This document shows positions 62,376-64,000 of a stretch of DNA of 64,000 bases, piece after piece. A program made the translations under genes and the position numbers. The DNA comes from Mustelus asterias. Lineage: Eukaryota. Below the pieces are notes generated by a model. The model was given only the letters and a program-made list of their open reading frames with translations. It made no database searches and was not told the origin of the DNA. The number at the start of each line of letters is the position of its first letter. Positions within the stretch are counted from its first letter, which is position 1. Where the stretch lies: NCBI RefSeq assembly GCF_964213995.1, contig NW_027590140.1, forward strand, positions 248,001 through 312,000, read 5' to 3'.

Positions 62376-63249
62376 TCAGTTCACGGCTTCATTCATCTTC
62401 TCTGGATCCAGACATTTTCCAAGCAGCGCATAAGACACACCTATCCCCACCCAAAGGTTGCTCTCACATTTCTGTTAGAAACATGGAATCATAAATGCAT
62501 AGAATCCCTATAAGGCAGGAGGAGGCCGTTCGGAAACAAAACAATGAAGTAATTGGCAAGGAAACAAGCCCCAGAAACTAAAGAATAGCTAGCAGTAGAA
62601 ATTAGGCAGTGAAACGAAAAGTTTACATGAAGATGAAAGTGTAAAGTAAACCAGGGATTGGAATTTGAGCAGGGTACTGATAAAGATTGCTACTCCACGG
62701 TGCACAGAGATCTGAGAGTAGATTGACAATACTGGTACTGAAAACTGGACACCAAAATCGCTAATGTGCGCATCAGGAAAATGTTCTTAATGAACAAGCT
62801 CTCACAGCACGACAATGCTTCATCCATCAGAGGTACGCTCACTAACTATTTACAGTTGAAAGTTTGGAATTCTCCTTTGCTGGTCACTTAGTGTTGCATT
62901 CAGCCACGTAAAAAGACGACATCAATGTCCTTTTAATGTGAACACAAGGCAAGGGTGACTAATAGAGTGTAGGTTTCCCAAGTGAAGAATTAACCCAATT
63001 CGTGTGGTACGAGTTCGACATACAAGTCCAGCCCATCATCTGCCGATCCTTCCTTGCACCTGATTTAAAACTTGTCTCTTCAATTTATAATGTCTTTCGT
63101 GCCTTCAGAATTCATAGAAATTATCGCACATTTTGCTCCTCCAGTTACCCACTAGCTAACGCTTTACTTCTGGATTGCTCCATCACCCCTCCATGCCACG
63201 TCACGTTTGCCTCCCCTCCCTCCACACAGTTAGCCTTTGTTATTCAGCA

Positions 63250-63690
63250 ACAAAGGAATTAGGAGCAAATTCTACCCTTCCAGCCTGCTCTGCCATTTAA
63301 TCAAATAATGGTTTATCTCTCCCCGGTCTCAAACCCACTTTCCCACCTGTTCCCCATATCGCTTGATCCCTTTATTATTAGCGATATATCTATCTTCTTC
63401 TTGAAATTATTCAACGATTGAGATTGCACGCGCCATGGGGCAGATAGTTGCACAAATTCAACACCCTCTGTGAGACGTAATTCCTCCATGTCTCATTTCT
63501 AAATCCACCGCCTCTCAAACTATATCTGTGACCTCTTGTTCGAGATTGCCCCATTAGAGGAAGCATTTGGTCTAGTTTTACTGCATCAACCCGTTTTAAA
63601 AGTTTATGTACCTCGATCAGATCCCTTTCTCATCCTTCTAAACTCCAATGAGTATAAGCTCAAACTGCTTAATGCTTCCTCATAAGTCAT
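63250..63690 (-). mobile_element. Old CR1 3' fragment
   Basis: Reverse strand YEEALSSLSLYSLEFRRMR...RGHRYSLRGGGFR remnants. Confidence 0.65.
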
Positions 63691-63709
63691 CTCTGCTTCC
63701 TCCCACTAT

Positions 63710-63901
63710 GCTGTGGAGATGCCGGTGTTGGACACCGGTGGGCACAGTAAGAAGTCTCACAACACCAGGTTAAATCCAACAGGTTGATTTGCAATCACGA
63801 GTTTTAGGAGCACTACTCCTTGAAGGAGCAGCACTCCAACATCTGGTGGTTCGAAATCAACCTCTTGGAATTTAACCTGGTGTTGCAAGACCTCTTCTTG
63901 C
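63710..63901. mobile_element. Older Penelope-like pLTR inverted insertion
   Basis: Same termini as the 15559, 20089 and 38159 elements; CTCCCACTAT duplicated at 63700-63709 and 63905-63914. Confidence 0.72.
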
Positions 63902-64000
63902 GTTCTCCCACTATATAACATACCTTTCCCTTTCTCCTTTCTAGTCAATTTATTTCAATACATCACGGGATGCAGTAACACATCTCATTAACTCCTCAAT

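Overview
This is vertebrate nuclear DNA, almost certainly from a cartilaginous fish (shark), judged from HE1/V-SINE-type SINEs, abundant CR1 LINEs and NAR-TCR-like gene segments. Most of the window is nested retroelement debris: CR1 LINEs (two nearly full length with an SGNH-esterase ORF1), Rex1/Babar-like LINEs, Penelope-like elements (RT, GIY-YIG, inverted pLTRs with target-site duplications and minimal hammerhead ribozyme motifs), Gypsy LTR remnants and SINEs. Host genes are one intact 10-finger C2H2 zinc-finger ORF (32715-33554), a zinc-finger pseudogene, two first exons of a GPR139-like GPCR family with 21-bp N-terminal repeats, and a 2.7-kb G-rich tract downstream of a CCAAT/GC-box promoter. 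The most notable region is 53.1-59.2 kb, a defective NAR-TCR (double-V TCR delta) cassette: duplicated leader, NAR-like V ending in a 12-RSS (possibly a germline-joined V-D), a 23-RSS J, and a leaderless supporting V-delta. That V-delta is followed by a head-to-tail array of nine 23-bp-spacer recombination signal sequences at about 61-bp period. Family assignments come from motif recognition only, no searches were run, and repeat boundaries are approximate unless a TSD is quoted.
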